Part shown: positions 20,235-33,342 of the stretch, in pieces
Numbering within the stretch: the first letter of the stretch is position 1
Layout: every line of letters starts with the position of its first letter
Assembly: GCF_902489465.1 (NCBI RefSeq)
Contig: NZ_CABTZZ010000003.1
Coordinates: 12,108 to 76,107 of the forward strand
Direction of reading: 5' to 3'
From: an uncultured Varibaculum sp.
GTDB lineage: Bacteria; Actinomycetota; Actinomycetes; Actinomycetales; Actinomycetaceae
DNA: 64,000 bases
Position numbers and translations under genes: made by a program
Notes under the pieces: model-generated
Databases searched by the model: none
Told to the model about the DNA's origin: nothing
Seen by the model: the letters and a program-made list of their open reading frames with translations, nothing else

Positions 20235-21560
20235 ATGTTTTGGTTCGACTCAATCGAACATAATCGTTGGCTGTCTGCATGTTTGCAGGATTTGCTGGAT
20301 TACGGGCGTAAATCAGAGGTCAAAACGGGGTTTGCCTGTCTAGATCGAAACGGCGAAGTCGATCTAGAACAGCCGATTCAGTTGTATCTAACCTCTCGCA
20401 TGGTGCACGTGTTTTCTCTTGGGGTGCTGCTGGGGGTGCCCGGATGTCGCCGCTTGGTGGAGCACGGGATTCGTTGCCTCAACCAGTATTTCCGTGACCC
20501 CGATAACGGCGGATGGTTCGATGCCATTGAACACGAACTTGACCAGAACGGAAAGGCTATCCCTTATAAAGGACGTGAGGACAAACGTTCCTACTCCCAC
20601 GCATTTTTACTGTTGGGGGCGGCCTCAGCAACTGCAGCTGATCGCATCGGTGCCCATGAATTGATGCAAGAAGCTATTCGGGATAACGATCTGCACTGGT
20701 GGGATCAGGAAGCGGGGATGGTGTGTGAAAGCTTCAATCGTGACTATTCTGTTTGCGAAGATTACCGGGGTCTGAACTCTAATATGCATATGGTAGAGGC
20801 CTATATGCTGGTAGCCCAGGTTACTAATGACAGTAAATGGACGGAGCGGGCGATGCGGATTCTGGAGCGCGTTGCTCGGGTATCACGTGAATATGATTGG
20901 CGAATCCCGGAGCATTATGACAGTGACTGGCAGCCGCTACTGGGATATAACCGGGATAATCCGCAGGAAACCCACCGTGCTTACGGCTCTGATGTGGGGC
21001 ACTCCTTCATGTTCTCGCGTCTAATGTTAGAGGCACGAGCCATGTTGAAAAATACCAAGAAAGAAGTACCTGAATGGCTCAGTGAAGCCGCAACCGAAAT
21101 GTTTGAGCGGGCGCGCGAAGATGCCTGGAGGCGGGATGGGGCTCCCGGGTTTGCCTTCACCGTGGATTGGGAAGGCAAACCAATAATCCGTGATCGCCAA
21201 GCCTGGGTGCAATTTGAGGCAATCGGTGCGGCAGTCACGCTATTGCGGGCAGCCCAACAAGAAGGTGCCTCAGCAGAAGTTGTAGACCATTATGAGCATT
21301 GCTATCGCGCCTGGCTTGATTTTGCCTATGAGCATTTTCTGGTGCGGGGCGGAAGAATTGTACATCGGCTTTCCTCGGAAAATCAGCCTCTGGATTTAGA
21401 GAATCAAAAACTGCGGGACAGTGTTTACCATGCCGTGCAAGCGGTGCTGTTGCCACGTCTGCCTTTGTCTCCTGCATTCGCAATAGCTCTGGCGCAGGGG
21501 TTGCTGGATAAACCGCTGCCTGAGGAGCCTGACCGCAAGAAAAGATTTGGCGGATTTTAG
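20235..21560 (+). CDS. AGE-family (N-acylglucosamine 2-epimerase / sugar isomerase, alpha6/alpha6 barrel) protein
   Basis: 441-aa ORF with AAGGAG RBS. Its overall pattern resembles AGE/cellobiose-2-epimerase proteins (W/H-rich helices, HMVEA motif). This call rests on recollection only. Confidence 0.65.
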   Translation: MFWFDSIEHNRWLSACLQDLLDYGRKSEVKTGFACLDRNGEVDLEQPIQLYLTSRMVHVFSLGVLLGVPGCRRLVEHGIRCLNQYFRDPDNGGWFDAIEHELDQNGKAIPYKGREDKRSYSHAFLLLGAASATAADRIGAHELMQEAIRDNDLHWWDQEAGMVCESFNRDYSVCEDYRGLNSNMHMVEAYMLVAQVTNDSKWTERAMRILERVARVSREYDWRIPEHYDSDWQPLLGYNRDNPQETHRAYGSDVGHSFMFSRLMLEARAMLKNTKKEVPEWLSEAATEMFERAREDAWRRDGAPGFAFTVDWEGKPIIRDRQAWVQFEAIGAAVTLLRAAQQEGASAEVVDHYEHCYRAWLDFAYEHFLVRGGRIVHRLSSENQPLDLENQKLRDSVYHAVQAVLLPRLPLSPAFAIALAQGLLDKPLPEEPDRKKRFGGF

Positions 21561-21612
21561 CTCTGGCGGTTAGCAACTGTAACATGGGGCTTGTCCGTAC
21601 GCTTTAGCGTAG

Positions 21613-24834
<3,222 letters not shown>

Positions 24835-24895
24835 GTAAAAGGACAAGAAAGACCTAGCGGAAAAGAAATATCCAAAACGTTATAAGACTGTCGCC

Positions 24896-26197
24896 CTAAT
24901 CGACTCTGCCGGCTGCTGCGGAGGGCAAGGCGCTAAGGAAGCGGGGTTGGTTAAAACCAGCCTCGGCGAAAGCGTCTAGTACGGCACTGGCAGTTGCCGC
25001 AAGCTGGTCGCTGCGAACCAGGGCGATAGCGCACCCTCCGAAGCCTCCTCCCGTCATCCTGGCTCCATAGGCGCCGGCCTTCCGGGCTGCTGCCACCGCA
25101 ACATCTAGTTCTTTGCAGGTAACTTCGTAGTCGCGTCGTAAGGATTCGTGGGAGGCGTCTAGCAACTTGCGCCATTGATCTAGATCCGCGCCCGCCTCTA
25201 AAAGTTCACACAACCGTTGGCAGCGAGCAATCTCGGTAAGCACATGGCGTACTCGCGAAACCTGCTCCGCGTCCTTCAATTTATCCAGCTGCGATTGCAC
25301 CCAAGAGGGAGGATAGTCTGCAGCTTCTAAGTCGGTCAGGTTATCGGAGGGTGCAATACTCTTCGGTACCAGCTCACCAAGTTCTTTCACCCCCAAAACC
25401 CGGGCAGCCTCCTCACAGGCAGCTCGGCGTGCCCCGTACTGTCCATCAGCAAGATCATGGGAAGTGCAAGTATCAATCACCAGTAAGGACAGTCCCAAAG
25501 CTGGCAAATCAAAAGGATGGGAACGAGCTTGCCAAGTGGCACAATCCAGCTCTAGCACGCAGTCTTTTTCGCACAGCATCGAGGCCGATTGATCCAGACC
25601 TCCGGTAGGAGCCCCAACATAGCGGTTCTCAGCTACCTTTCCCGCCTCTACCAGCAGTTTTCTTCCCTCAAAGCTTCCTGCCAGCCCCAGCGAAGCCAGG
25701 TCATCAATACCCACCGCGATCGCACATTCTAAAGCCGCGGAAGAAGACAGGCCGGCGCTTAAGGGAACACTGGAAGCTATCGCTACTTCTAACCCCGGTA
25801 CTTTCTGCGCTAGTTCTCGCGCTTTTTCTGGGTGACCGTTATCTTCAAGTACCCGTTTCAACCCCAAGATCACGCCCCCGACAAAAGCACCGGAGCCGCT
25901 AGCGGGATAGTTTTTTGCTAACTCTAAAAGGCTGTGAACGCTTAGCTGCGGGAAGTCTTCCGAAATAATTTTGAGCTGATCGTCCTCACGTACCCGCAGG
26001 GCCACATAGATAGCGTGGGGGAGGGCGAGGGGCAGTGCCTTCCCGCCATTGTAGTCGGTGTGTTCCCCGATTATATTGACCCGTCCAGGAGCCCGCCAGA
26101 CCCCCATCGGTTTCGTTGCAAAGGTTTCCTCGAAAAGCTCTCGAGCTCTGCGCGCGCCCTCTTGCGGATCATACGCGGGGATAAATTCCGGTTTCAT
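24896..26197 (-). CDS. galK: Galactokinase
   Basis: 433-aa ORF with the GHMP kinase motif (PLSAGLSSSAALE) and the galactokinase signature GRVNIIGEHTDYNGG. Confidence 0.9.
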   Translation of the reverse strand: MKPEFIPAYDPQEGARRARELFEETFATKPMGVWRAPGRVNIIGEHTDYNGGKALPLALPHAIYVALRVREDDQLKIISEDFPQLSVHSLLELAKNYPASGSGAFVGGVILGLKRVLEDNGHPEKARELAQKVPGLEVAIASSVPLSAGLSSSAALECAIAVGIDDLASLGLAGSFEGRKLLVEAGKVAENRYVGAPTGGLDQSASMLCEKDCVLELDCATWQARSHPFDLPALGLSLLVIDTCTSHDLADGQYGARRAACEEAARVLGVKELGELVPKSIAPSDNLTDLEAADYPPSWVQSQLDKLKDAEQVSRVRHVLTEIARCQRLCELLEAGADLDQWRKLLDASHESLRRDYEVTCKELDVAVAAARKAGAYGARMTGGGFGGCAIALVRSDQLAATASAVLDAFAEAGFNQPRFLSALPSAAAGRVD

Positions 26198-26272
26198 GGT
26201 TGCGTTAGAACCTTTCTATTTGGCCTGGCGTCAACCAGTCTACCTTGCAGATAACCCCCGCAGGGAGGGTTT

Positions 26273-27199
26273 CTAAAATAGCAGCCGAGACAGACGCTGG
26301 CGCGCCAATTTCACTGCCTCGGGGTTGCGAGACAGGCGGAATAGTTCCAGAAGCCGTTCTCGGTACTCGTCGCGCTCCTCGTCAGCAGACTTTGCAATCA
26401 GGGACAGCAATAGATCGAAAGCTTGCGGTTCATTACCGGCTTGGAAAAAACGATCCGCCAAAACTAGAGGATCGGAGTCGTCTTGGCCTTCTTCAGTCTG
26501 CAAACGCTGCGCAATAGATACTTTGTCCACCAGTGCCTGATAGCGGGAGGAGTCTTCGGGGCGGTTCCGCAGTAGCTTTTGCGCCTGCTTCATAGCCTCT
26601 GCATATTCGCCTGCTTCGACCAACGCTTCCACCGCTTTTTCTTCTTCACTTCGCGGATCTTCCTGGCCCGAGTCAGCTTCTCCTGCCATGACGCCGGTCA
26701 GTCCTGCCTGCCCAGCAATCTGTAAGACTTGATCGATCAGCGGTTTAATCTGGGCCTTGGGCTGCGCCCCTTGGAAAAGAGGGGCAGGTCTACCCCCGAT
26801 CAGCGCCACCACCATTGGGATGGATTGCGCCTGGAATGCCTGCGCTAACTGCGGAGAATCATCCACATTGATTTTCACCAATTGGAATCGTCCCTGATAT
26901 TCGCGCGCCAGTTCCTCTAGAATCGGGCCGAGCTGTTTGCAAGGTCCGCACCAGGGAGCCCACAAATCGATGATTACCGGCACTTTAAGTGAGGTTTCAG
27001 CGACTTCCTCAAAAGTGTCATCGCCAGCGTCGCGAATAAAAGGACCTGCAATCACGGCACCGCCATTTTGTTTTAGCCTGCCCCCACCATTAGCTGGAGC
27101 TTTGCTTGCGGTAGGATTATCCGTCAATCCTGGTTGAGAATCCGTTGCAGTCTTAGCAGCAAATTGGGATAAATCTACTGCTCCATGTGTTTGTGCCAA
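26273..27199 (-). CDS. Thioredoxin-domain protein with a C-terminal TPR-like helical domain (YbbN/CnoX-like architecture)
   Basis: 308-aa ORF. TTG start with AAGGATGG RBS, the active site WAPWCGPCKQL and a helical C-terminal half. Confidence 0.8.
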   Translation of the reverse strand: MAQTHGAVDLSQFAAKTATDSQPGLTDNPTASKAPANGGGRLKQNGGAVIAGPFIRDAGDDTFEEVAETSLKVPVIIDLWAPWCGPCKQLGPILEELAREYQGRFQLVKINVDDSPQLAQAFQAQSIPMVVALIGGRPAPLFQGAQPKAQIKPLIDQVLQIAGQAGLTGVMAGEADSGQEDPRSEEEKAVEALVEAGEYAEAMKQAQKLLRNRPEDSSRYQALVDKVSIAQRLQTEEGQDDSDPLVLADRFFQAGNEPQAFDLLLSLIAKSADEERDEYRERLLELFRLSRNPEAVKLARQRLSRLLF

Positions 27200-27211
27200 T
27201 CGAAACCATCC

Positions 27212-28219
27212 TTACTTAGCGGCCGCCGTTAACACTTCCGAAGCCGCGATTACCCGCACCTTGCCATCTTTGGTGCCCTTGGGTGGTATCTGCAGTAACA
27301 CGCAGATAACTCGGCTCCAGGAAGCTTGTTTGGTGACCTTGCCGTTGTCCAGCAGATTAACCACATCACCGCTGAGGGTGATCGGTTTATCTTTAGCTAC
27401 GTCCGTCAGCTTAACTTCTTGGGTGTAGGTGGTCGCCACCAGTGCCCCATTTTTCGCGGGCAGATTAATCGCCAGGGTGTTATTTTTAAAATCAGTAGGA
27501 GTTACGGTGGATGCTACTTTACCGGCGTTGCCTACTCCCTCGGTCAATGCCTTCAATTCTGCGCGTTTGCCTTCCATGAGGGGATCCACAAACACTTTGT
27601 CGGCATTTTTTGCTTTGGCGTCGAAGACAGACTGCGCCCAAGTGTTGACCGCTACTTCCGGGGAGAACATCAGGTTTGCATCGCTAGCAAGATCTAAAGG
27701 CTGTGATCCCCGTGCTACCACGTCAGTTTCTGGCAAGGAGGCCTTTGGCAGTAGCTGCATCCACTGCCAAAGTTGATAGGGGCTGGTTGCCTGGTTTTGA
27801 CGGATTATTTCCACATATTTTGCACCATTGCTATCTGCCCCCGTCACGTTAAGCAAAGCGCGTGGCCATTTGTTTCCAGAGGTTACGGTAGTGATTTCCG
27901 AGGACGCAGGCAGCGCAGTTGGAACCGCTTGGTTGTTCTTTTGATGCATCTGGTATTGCGCGGTGCGCATGGCCAGTGCGGGACCGGCCACTCTGGGTTT
28001 TAGTGCTCCGGCATCAAATTTGGCGTCTCCGGCTGCTAAAGCGGAGTTAACTGCTTTAAGGATGGGGTCTACCTGTTCGACTCGCAAAGCTGGATAAGTC
28101 TCGGTGGGAGCAGAACTTGGTACCTCTTTCCGCTCAGCGGCACTAGTGCATCCTGCCAGGCTGGTTATTGCCAGGCAGCTAGCTGCGGTAACGGACAATA
28201 GTACTCGCATTTTTCTCAT
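27212..28219 (-). CDS. Lipoprotein of unknown function
   Basis: 335-aa ORF with a signal peptide and lipobox (AITSLAGC). The start overlaps the upstream gene's stop (ATGA). Confidence 0.7.
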   Translation of the reverse strand: MRKMRVLLSVTAASCLAITSLAGCTSAAERKEVPSSAPTETYPALRVEQVDPILKAVNSALAAGDAKFDAGALKPRVAGPALAMRTAQYQMHQKNNQAVPTALPASSEITTVTSGNKWPRALLNVTGADSNGAKYVEIIRQNQATSPYQLWQWMQLLPKASLPETDVVARGSQPLDLASDANLMFSPEVAVNTWAQSVFDAKAKNADKVFVDPLMEGKRAELKALTEGVGNAGKVASTVTPTDFKNNTLAINLPAKNGALVATTYTQEVKLTDVAKDKPITLSGDVVNLLDNGKVTKQASWSRVICVLLQIPPKGTKDGKVRVIAASEVLTAAAK

Positions 28220-29796
28220 CGGTTGCTACCTCCTTGGCTCTGGTCAAAGGTAGATTCACCTTCGAAATCTGCCATATCAGGTCCATCTCCTAATCCGTCC
28301 AGGTCGAAGTCATCGTCCTCGAACCATTCTTCGGCGCGCTCAGGAGCTACCTCCGCTTGCGCGGCGGGAGGTTGATAAGAGTCCGCCGGGTTGTAGGAGG
28401 CTTCTGGTTGGTATGACTGTGCCGGCTGCGGTGAGACGGCAGGGTTATAGGAGGCCTGTGGCTGATAGGAAGCCTGTGGCTGGTAGGAGTCCGCTGGTTG
28501 TAAAGAGGCCCCTGGGCTGTAGGAGTCCGCTGGCTGGTAGGAGTGTGCCGGTTGTAGTGAGGCAGCTGGGTTGTAAGAGGCTTCTGGTTGGTATGACTGT
28601 GCCGGCTGCGGTGAGACGGCAGGGTTATAGGAGGCCTGTGGCTGGTAGGAGTCCTCTGGCCGGTAAGAATCCTCCGGTTGTAAAGAGGCCCCTGGGCTGT
28701 AGGAGTGTGCCGGTTGTAGTGAGGCCGCCGGGCTGTAAGAGGCCTGTGGCTGGTAAGAATCCTCCGGTTGTGAAGAAGTAGCCGGGTTAAATGAAGCCTC
28801 CCCGGCGACCTCAGGGAGCGGAGAATACGCCGCCGGCTGCAGACTTTGCGTAGGTAACGACAGCTCTGCCGCTGGCATCGTGGGAGCTGAAACTTCCTCA
28901 GTAGCTGGAACTTCTGGGGTCACCGAATCTGCAGCTTCGGGATTGATCGCTTGTCCGTCAGCATCAGTGCGGATTACCGGCACCAAACCGGTGGGGAACT
29001 TGACCCCTTCCACTTCGATGGTGGCCTCCCCGCGTTCGCGGGCTTTGCGTAATTCCGAACGCGAGGGCGGTTTAGTAACCGCATTGAGTGCAGGTATCTG
29101 CACGGTTTGCTCTCCTTGCGCCGCGGCTTCCTGGGCGCGCTGCTCACGGCGCTTACGTATTTCTGCCTCTTCTTTAGCTGCTGCTATGGCCAGCCGATTG
29201 ATTACCACAGCAACCACTGCGCCGATTAACATCAATAGCAGCCCCGCGATCAGCAGTGGCCAGAACCAAGGGGTAGAAACTGGCTGTGTCCACTGCAAAG
29301 TCAGCTGGACGTTTCCTTCCTCTGACCAAGCAATCAGAGACCATGCGCCCTCGGAACGATCCCAAGTTTCGCTGATCTGGCCGGTATCTACCTCTTTATA
29401 TTCGACCCACATATCCTTTCCGGCAGCTTCTCCGGGTTGGCGCGGATCTGCTTTCCCCTGATGTGGTTGGGTCAGTAGGGTGGTGTCATCTTTTTGTCCG
29501 GTAACTTCCACGTAATTTTGGTCAGCTGCCCAAGCAGTCACATCGGCAGACCGGCCGATCGCTAAGGCTACTTTTCCTTGCCCGGCGACGGTAATTTTGG
29601 TAGGGGAGTCATAAAGTTCAAACATTCCCGGTCGGGTAATCGCTAAAGCTTGCTTTTGACTACTAGTAGGTAAAGATGCTGAGACCTGCGGATTTGGTTT
29701 CCAGATGGTCGCGTTACCTACACCTGCTAAGGCCACCAGAGCTCCCGCTATTACTAAAAGTAGTGGAAGCCAATACCTACGTAAGAAAATGTTCAC
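28216..29796 (-). CDS. Bitopic/two-TM membrane protein with a ~170-aa extracytoplasmic domain and a long cytoplasmic S/Y/P/Q-rich hexapeptide-repeat tail
   Basis: 526-aa ORF. GTG start with GAGGGGA RBS. TM1 is YWLPLLLVIAGALVALAGV and TM2 is WFWPLLIAGLLLMLIGAVVAVVI. About 30 repeats of (S-Y/L-x-P-x-x) follow. Confidence 0.7.
   Translation of the reverse strand: MNIFLRRYWLPLLLVIAGALVALAGVGNATIWKPNPQVSASLPTSSQKQALAITRPGMFELYDSPTKITVAGQGKVALAIGRSADVTAWAADQNYVEVTGQKDDTTLLTQPHQGKADPRQPGEAAGKDMWVEYKEVDTGQISETWDRSEGAWSLIAWSEEGNVQLTLQWTQPVSTPWFWPLLIAGLLLMLIGAVVAVVINRLAIAAAKEEAEIRKRREQRAQEAAAQGEQTVQIPALNAVTKPPSRSELRKARERGEATIEVEGVKFPTGLVPVIRTDADGQAINPEAADSVTPEVPATEEVSAPTMPAAELSLPTQSLQPAAYSPLPEVAGEASFNPATSSQPEDSYQPQASYSPAASLQPAHSYSPGASLQPEDSYRPEDSYQPQASYNPAVSPQPAQSYQPEASYNPAASLQPAHSYQPADSYSPGASLQPADSYQPQASYQPQASYNPAVSPQPAQSYQPEASYNPADSYQPPAAQAEVAPERAEEWFEDDDFDLDGLGDGPDMADFEGESTFDQSQGGSNR
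28345..28800 (-). repeat. In-frame tandem repeat array with an 18-nt (hexapeptide) unit nested in a 180-bp higher-order repeat
   Basis: 28388-28464 and 28568-28644 are identical except for one base. 28495-28527 and 28675-28707 are identical. The offset is exactly 180 bp in both cases. Confidence 0.9.
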
Positions 29797-30031
29797 CAGT
29801 TTCCCCTCAAGTCGTTGCCGGACAACTATAACTACACTTTACTTGCTTTGCTGCGGTGACGTTTATACCCGGTTAGGGTGTGACTAGGGTCAATTTTACC
29901 GTAACGTTTGGTTTCAGGCTGAAATAAGTGAAAGACTAGGCAATGATACGGGGTTTCGCACTCCTCAAGTAATGGAATAAAATGTTCCGAGTAATGCCTA
30001 ATCTCAGCGGCTCATCTTCAGGGAGGACCAG

Positions 30032-31417
30032 GTGGAAGAACAAACTGATTTCCCGATCGTAATGCGCGGTTATGATCGTGTTCAGGTCGATTTGCAGATT
30101 CAAACTTTGAATAACCAGATTACCGAGTTGCAGCAGAAGCTGGACACGGTTGACCAGCGCAATGTGGATTTAGGGGAACAACTAGCTGAAGCACAAAAGC
30201 AGCTGCGTTCTTCTGATCGTAGTTCTTACACGGGGATCGGCGCCCGGATAGAACAGCTGCTACGCAGCGCGGAAGAACAATCAACCGCGGTCATCAATAA
30301 GGCCAATGCGGAGGCCGAGCAGCTGATGGAAAAGACCCGCAAGAACGCTCAGGATATGTCCGAGCGGGCAGAGGCGGAAGCTGCTTCCCTGATTTCAGAG
30401 GCACGGCGCGAGGCTGAAGAACGTACCACCACCGCGGCCACCGAATCCGAGACAGTGCTGACTAACGCCCAGCATCGGGCGGACGAACTGGTTGCCGCGG
30501 CAGAGCGGGAAGCCTCCTCTTTGCGGGCAGAGACCAACACTCAGGTCTCTGACCTGAAAGCAACCGTTGACCGGGAAACCGAATTGCAGCGGGCTCAGGC
30601 CGAAAAAGACTATGTAGAAATGCGGGTTAAAGCTGAGCAAGAAGCTTCCCAACTCCGCAATGATGCGACTGCAGAGGCACAGGCACTGCGCGAGTCCTCT
30701 CTGACCGAGGCTACCAAGACTCGGGAAGAAGCTAAAGAACAGGCAGAAAAGGCTTTGGCAGATGCCCGCAGTCAGTCCGAAAGCATTTTGAAGGAAGCGC
30801 GGGAAAGCGCGGATAGCATCCGTTCGGAGATCCAACAGATGCGCCAAGAGGCCGAAACGGAGATCGCGGCCGCTCGTGCCGCCGCTCGGGAGGCTGATGC
30901 TCAAGCTCATGAGCAGTCTCGTTCCGAAACCTCCGCGATGGTGGCCGCCGCTAAAGCACAAGTTGCTGACGCCGAGAAACACTTGGGTGAAACTTTGCAG
31001 CGGGCAGAACGCTTGCTGACCGATACTGATGCGGTCGTACGTCGCCGCCAGGAAGATGCACGTCGCGCGGCAGAAGCCACCATTGCAGCTGCCGAGGGCG
31101 AAGCCGAGCAGGTGCGTGAAGCTGCTCGTATCGAAGCTCAGGCAGAGCGGGCCGCTGCGCAACGCACCGTGGAGCGCCTGGAGCGTCAACGCGAATCCAT
31201 CGCCGCCTACCTCGAAGAAATGCGGGGCTTGCTGGGCTCTGAGACCGCTACTGGTCTCGAGGGGCTAACCCCCATGCAGCAGTTGCCGGCAGTGCTAACA
31301 CAGGAAACTGAGGAAGCCGAGGGCGAACAGCCGGCTCCGGTAGAACCGCCGGTATCGCCAGCAACTCCTGATGAAGAATCGGCAGCTACCGATCTGTTTA
31401 CCAGCGATGAACAGTAA
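30032..31417 (+). CDS. DivIVA-domain protein with a long Ala/Glu/Arg-rich coiled coil
   Basis: 461-aa ORF. GTG start with GGGAGGA RBS. The N-terminus FPIVMRGYDRVQVDLQIQTL matches the DivIVA-domain signature (F..RGYD...VD). Confidence 0.75.
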   Translation: MEEQTDFPIVMRGYDRVQVDLQIQTLNNQITELQQKLDTVDQRNVDLGEQLAEAQKQLRSSDRSSYTGIGARIEQLLRSAEEQSTAVINKANAEAEQLMEKTRKNAQDMSERAEAEAASLISEARREAEERTTTAATESETVLTNAQHRADELVAAAEREASSLRAETNTQVSDLKATVDRETELQRAQAEKDYVEMRVKAEQEASQLRNDATAEAQALRESSLTEATKTREEAKEQAEKALADARSQSESILKEARESADSIRSEIQQMRQEAETEIAAARAAAREADAQAHEQSRSETSAMVAAAKAQVADAEKHLGETLQRAERLLTDTDAVVRRRQEDARRAAEATIAAAEGEAEQVREAARIEAQAERAAAQRTVERLERQRESIAAYLEEMRGLLGSETATGLEGLTPMQQLPAVLTQETEEAEGEQPAPVEPPVSPATPDEESAATDLFTSDEQ

Positions 31418-31440
31418 ACGGAATAAGCTCATTTAACTAA

Positions 31441-31485
31441 CTTTGGGCGCGTCTTTGGTATACCAAAGACGCGCCCAAAGTTTTT
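31441..31485 (+). terminator. Intrinsic terminator consisting of a perfect 40-bp palindrome plus a T5 run
   Basis: CTTTGGGCGCGTCTTTGGTA|TACCAAAGACGCGCCCAAAG is followed by TTTTT. It lies 24 nt after the stop of the DivIVA-domain gene, between convergent genes. Confidence 0.85.
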
Positions 31486-31571
31486 GACGGCTGCTCTCAG
31501 ACAATTGTCTGCCCACTCTGGCGGCAGAAAGTATTCTGGGGCGCCGCAGCTGTCTAAGCGGGTTGTCTACG

Positions 31572-32936
31572 TTAGTTCTTAAAGGAATGCACGGGGGCGG
31601 GGATGCGTCCGCCGCGAGTAGCAAACTTTTCCGAAGAAAACGGAGATACTTCCATAATTGGCGCCCAGCCTAGCAGGCCTCCAAAATTCGCTTGGTCCCC
31701 AACCCCTTTACCCGGTACTGGAATCACTCGCACTGCAGTGGTTTTCCCGTTGGCGACCCCGATCGCGGCCTCATCGGCAATCAATCCGGTAATAGTGGCC
31801 GCAGGAGTATCGCCGGGAATCGCGATCATATCCAGACCCACTGAACAGATAGCGGTCATAGCTTCTAGCTTCGCCAGGCTCAAGGAGCCGCGCTGGACTG
31901 CCTGAATCATATTCGCGTCCTCGGAAACTGGGATGAACGAGCCGGAAAGTCCCCCGACCAGAGAGCAAGCCATCAGACCGCCCTTTTTAACCGCATCGTT
32001 GAGCAGCGCCAAAGCCGCGGTAGTGCCCGGGGCACCCACAGTTTCTACCCCCAGCTCTTCTAAAATCGCGGCCACCGAATCTCCTACTGCCGGGGTGGGA
32101 GCCAGGGATAAATCTACAATCCCAAAATTTACCCCTAGGCGTTTAGCCACGGTTTGCCCCACCAGCTGTCCCATGCGGGTGATTTTGAAAGCTGATTTCT
32201 TAATGGCTTCTGCGCATTCTTCAAAAGGCCGCCCCTGTACTCCCGCGAGCGCCCTCTCTATTACTCCCGGGCCCGAAATCCCTACCGATACCACCGCATC
32301 GGGTTGGCTCACGCCATGGAAAGCACCCGCCATAAAGGGGTTATCTTCTACCGCGTTGGCAAACACCACCAGTTTTGCGGCTCCGATTCCGTCTTTATCG
32401 GCAGTTTTATGGGCGGCAGCGAGTATCTGCTGACCCATTTTTGCGGTCGCACTCATATTGATGCCGCTGCGAGTAGAACCGATATTTACCGAGGAACATA
32501 CGATGTCGGTAGTGGCTAACGCCTCGGGAATGGAATCGATTAACGCTAAATCACTGCGGGTTGCTCCAGCTTGCACCAACGCGGAGTAGCCACCTACGAA
32601 ATCTACTCCTACAGCTTTACCGGCGCGATCAAGCACCTGGGCAAAGGGCAGGGGATCATCGGTACGGCATGCCGCTGCTATCAGGGAAATTGGGGTTACC
32701 GAAAGCCGCTTATTGATAATCGGCACCCCGAACTCGCCCGCGACCTCCTCGGCAGTCGAAACCAGGTGGGAGGCAGAGCTTAAAATCCGCTCTTCTATGC
32801 GCGCGCAGGCTCGCTCGATATCGGCGTCGGCACAATCCAGCAGGGACAGCCCCAAAGTGACGGTGCGTACGTCCAGGTTGTCCTCGGCAATCATCTGTAT
32901 GGTTTCCAGGATTTCCCCGGTGGTATCCACGCCCAT
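31572..32936 (-). CDS. UPF0210 (DUF711, PFL-like fold) family protein
   Basis: 454-aa ORF. It closely follows the family pattern ([61 protein letters not shown]). Confidence 0.85.
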   Translation of the reverse strand: MGVDTTGEILETIQMIAEDNLDVRTVTLGLSLLDCADADIERACARIEERILSSASHLVSTAEEVAGEFGVPIINKRLSVTPISLIAAACRTDDPLPFAQVLDRAGKAVGVDFVGGYSALVQAGATRSDLALIDSIPEALATTDIVCSSVNIGSTRSGINMSATAKMGQQILAAAHKTADKDGIGAAKLVVFANAVEDNPFMAGAFHGVSQPDAVVSVGISGPGVIERALAGVQGRPFEECAEAIKKSAFKITRMGQLVGQTVAKRLGVNFGIVDLSLAPTPAVGDSVAAILEELGVETVGAPGTTAALALLNDAVKKGGLMACSLVGGLSGSFIPVSEDANMIQAVQRGSLSLAKLEAMTAICSVGLDMIAIPGDTPAATITGLIADEAAIGVANGKTTAVRVIPVPGKGVGDQANFGGLLGWAPIMEVSPFSSEKFATRGGRIPAPVHSFKN

Positions 32937-32985
32937 GATTCTCCTCTATGATTATGGTGATTTGCGCAGCTAGGTGGTAAGCAGC

Positions 32986-33255
32986 TTAGAGTTTATGCAT
33001 GGCGTTGAAGAGGTCTTCCGCCTGAACTTTAATAACCAGCCCTTCGGCTTCCTCTACTGGTGCCATAGCTGCCTGCACCTGCGCTAACCCGATCTGCTCT
33101 TCATCGAATTCCAGTTGCATAATCATGGTGAAATATTCATCCATCAGCGTCTGGGACACATTGGTGATATTCACCTGATTTTGGGCGAGCGTTTGGGACA
33201 CCGCCGCGATAATCCCGGTGTGGTCGATACCGGTAACCGTCATAATTGCTTTCAC
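32986..33255 (-). CDS. ACT-domain protein of the UPF0237 family, the usual partner of UPF0210
   Basis: The track ORF (130 aa) is probably over-extended. Family members are about 89 aa and begin at (V/M)KAIMTVTGIDHTGIIAAVS. I chose the GTG at 33255, and the ATG at 33243 is an alternative. Confidence 0.75.
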   Translation of the reverse strand: MKAIMTVTGIDHTGIIAAVSQTLAQNQVNITNVSQTLMDEYFTMIMQLEFDEEQIGLAQVQAAMAPVEEAEGLVIKVQAEDLFNAMHKL

Positions 33256-33342
33256 GTGCTTCAGCTTACGTTCTTCTACGGCTTTTTTGCGATTCCTCGT
33301 CCCAGTTTCTTCATTTCTGAACTCTTTGGTAATAATGGCGGA

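Noticed and set aside
28345-28800. Regularly spaced short repeats that could be mistaken for a CRISPR array
   Set aside because: The period is 18 nt with no unique spacers, and the repeats are entirely in frame within a CDS. This is a coding hexapeptide tandem repeat.
33115-33342. First 76 codons of track ORF 33115..33957
   Set aside because: They are antisense to the ACT-domain gene and not CadD-like. The transporter homology begins near 33343.
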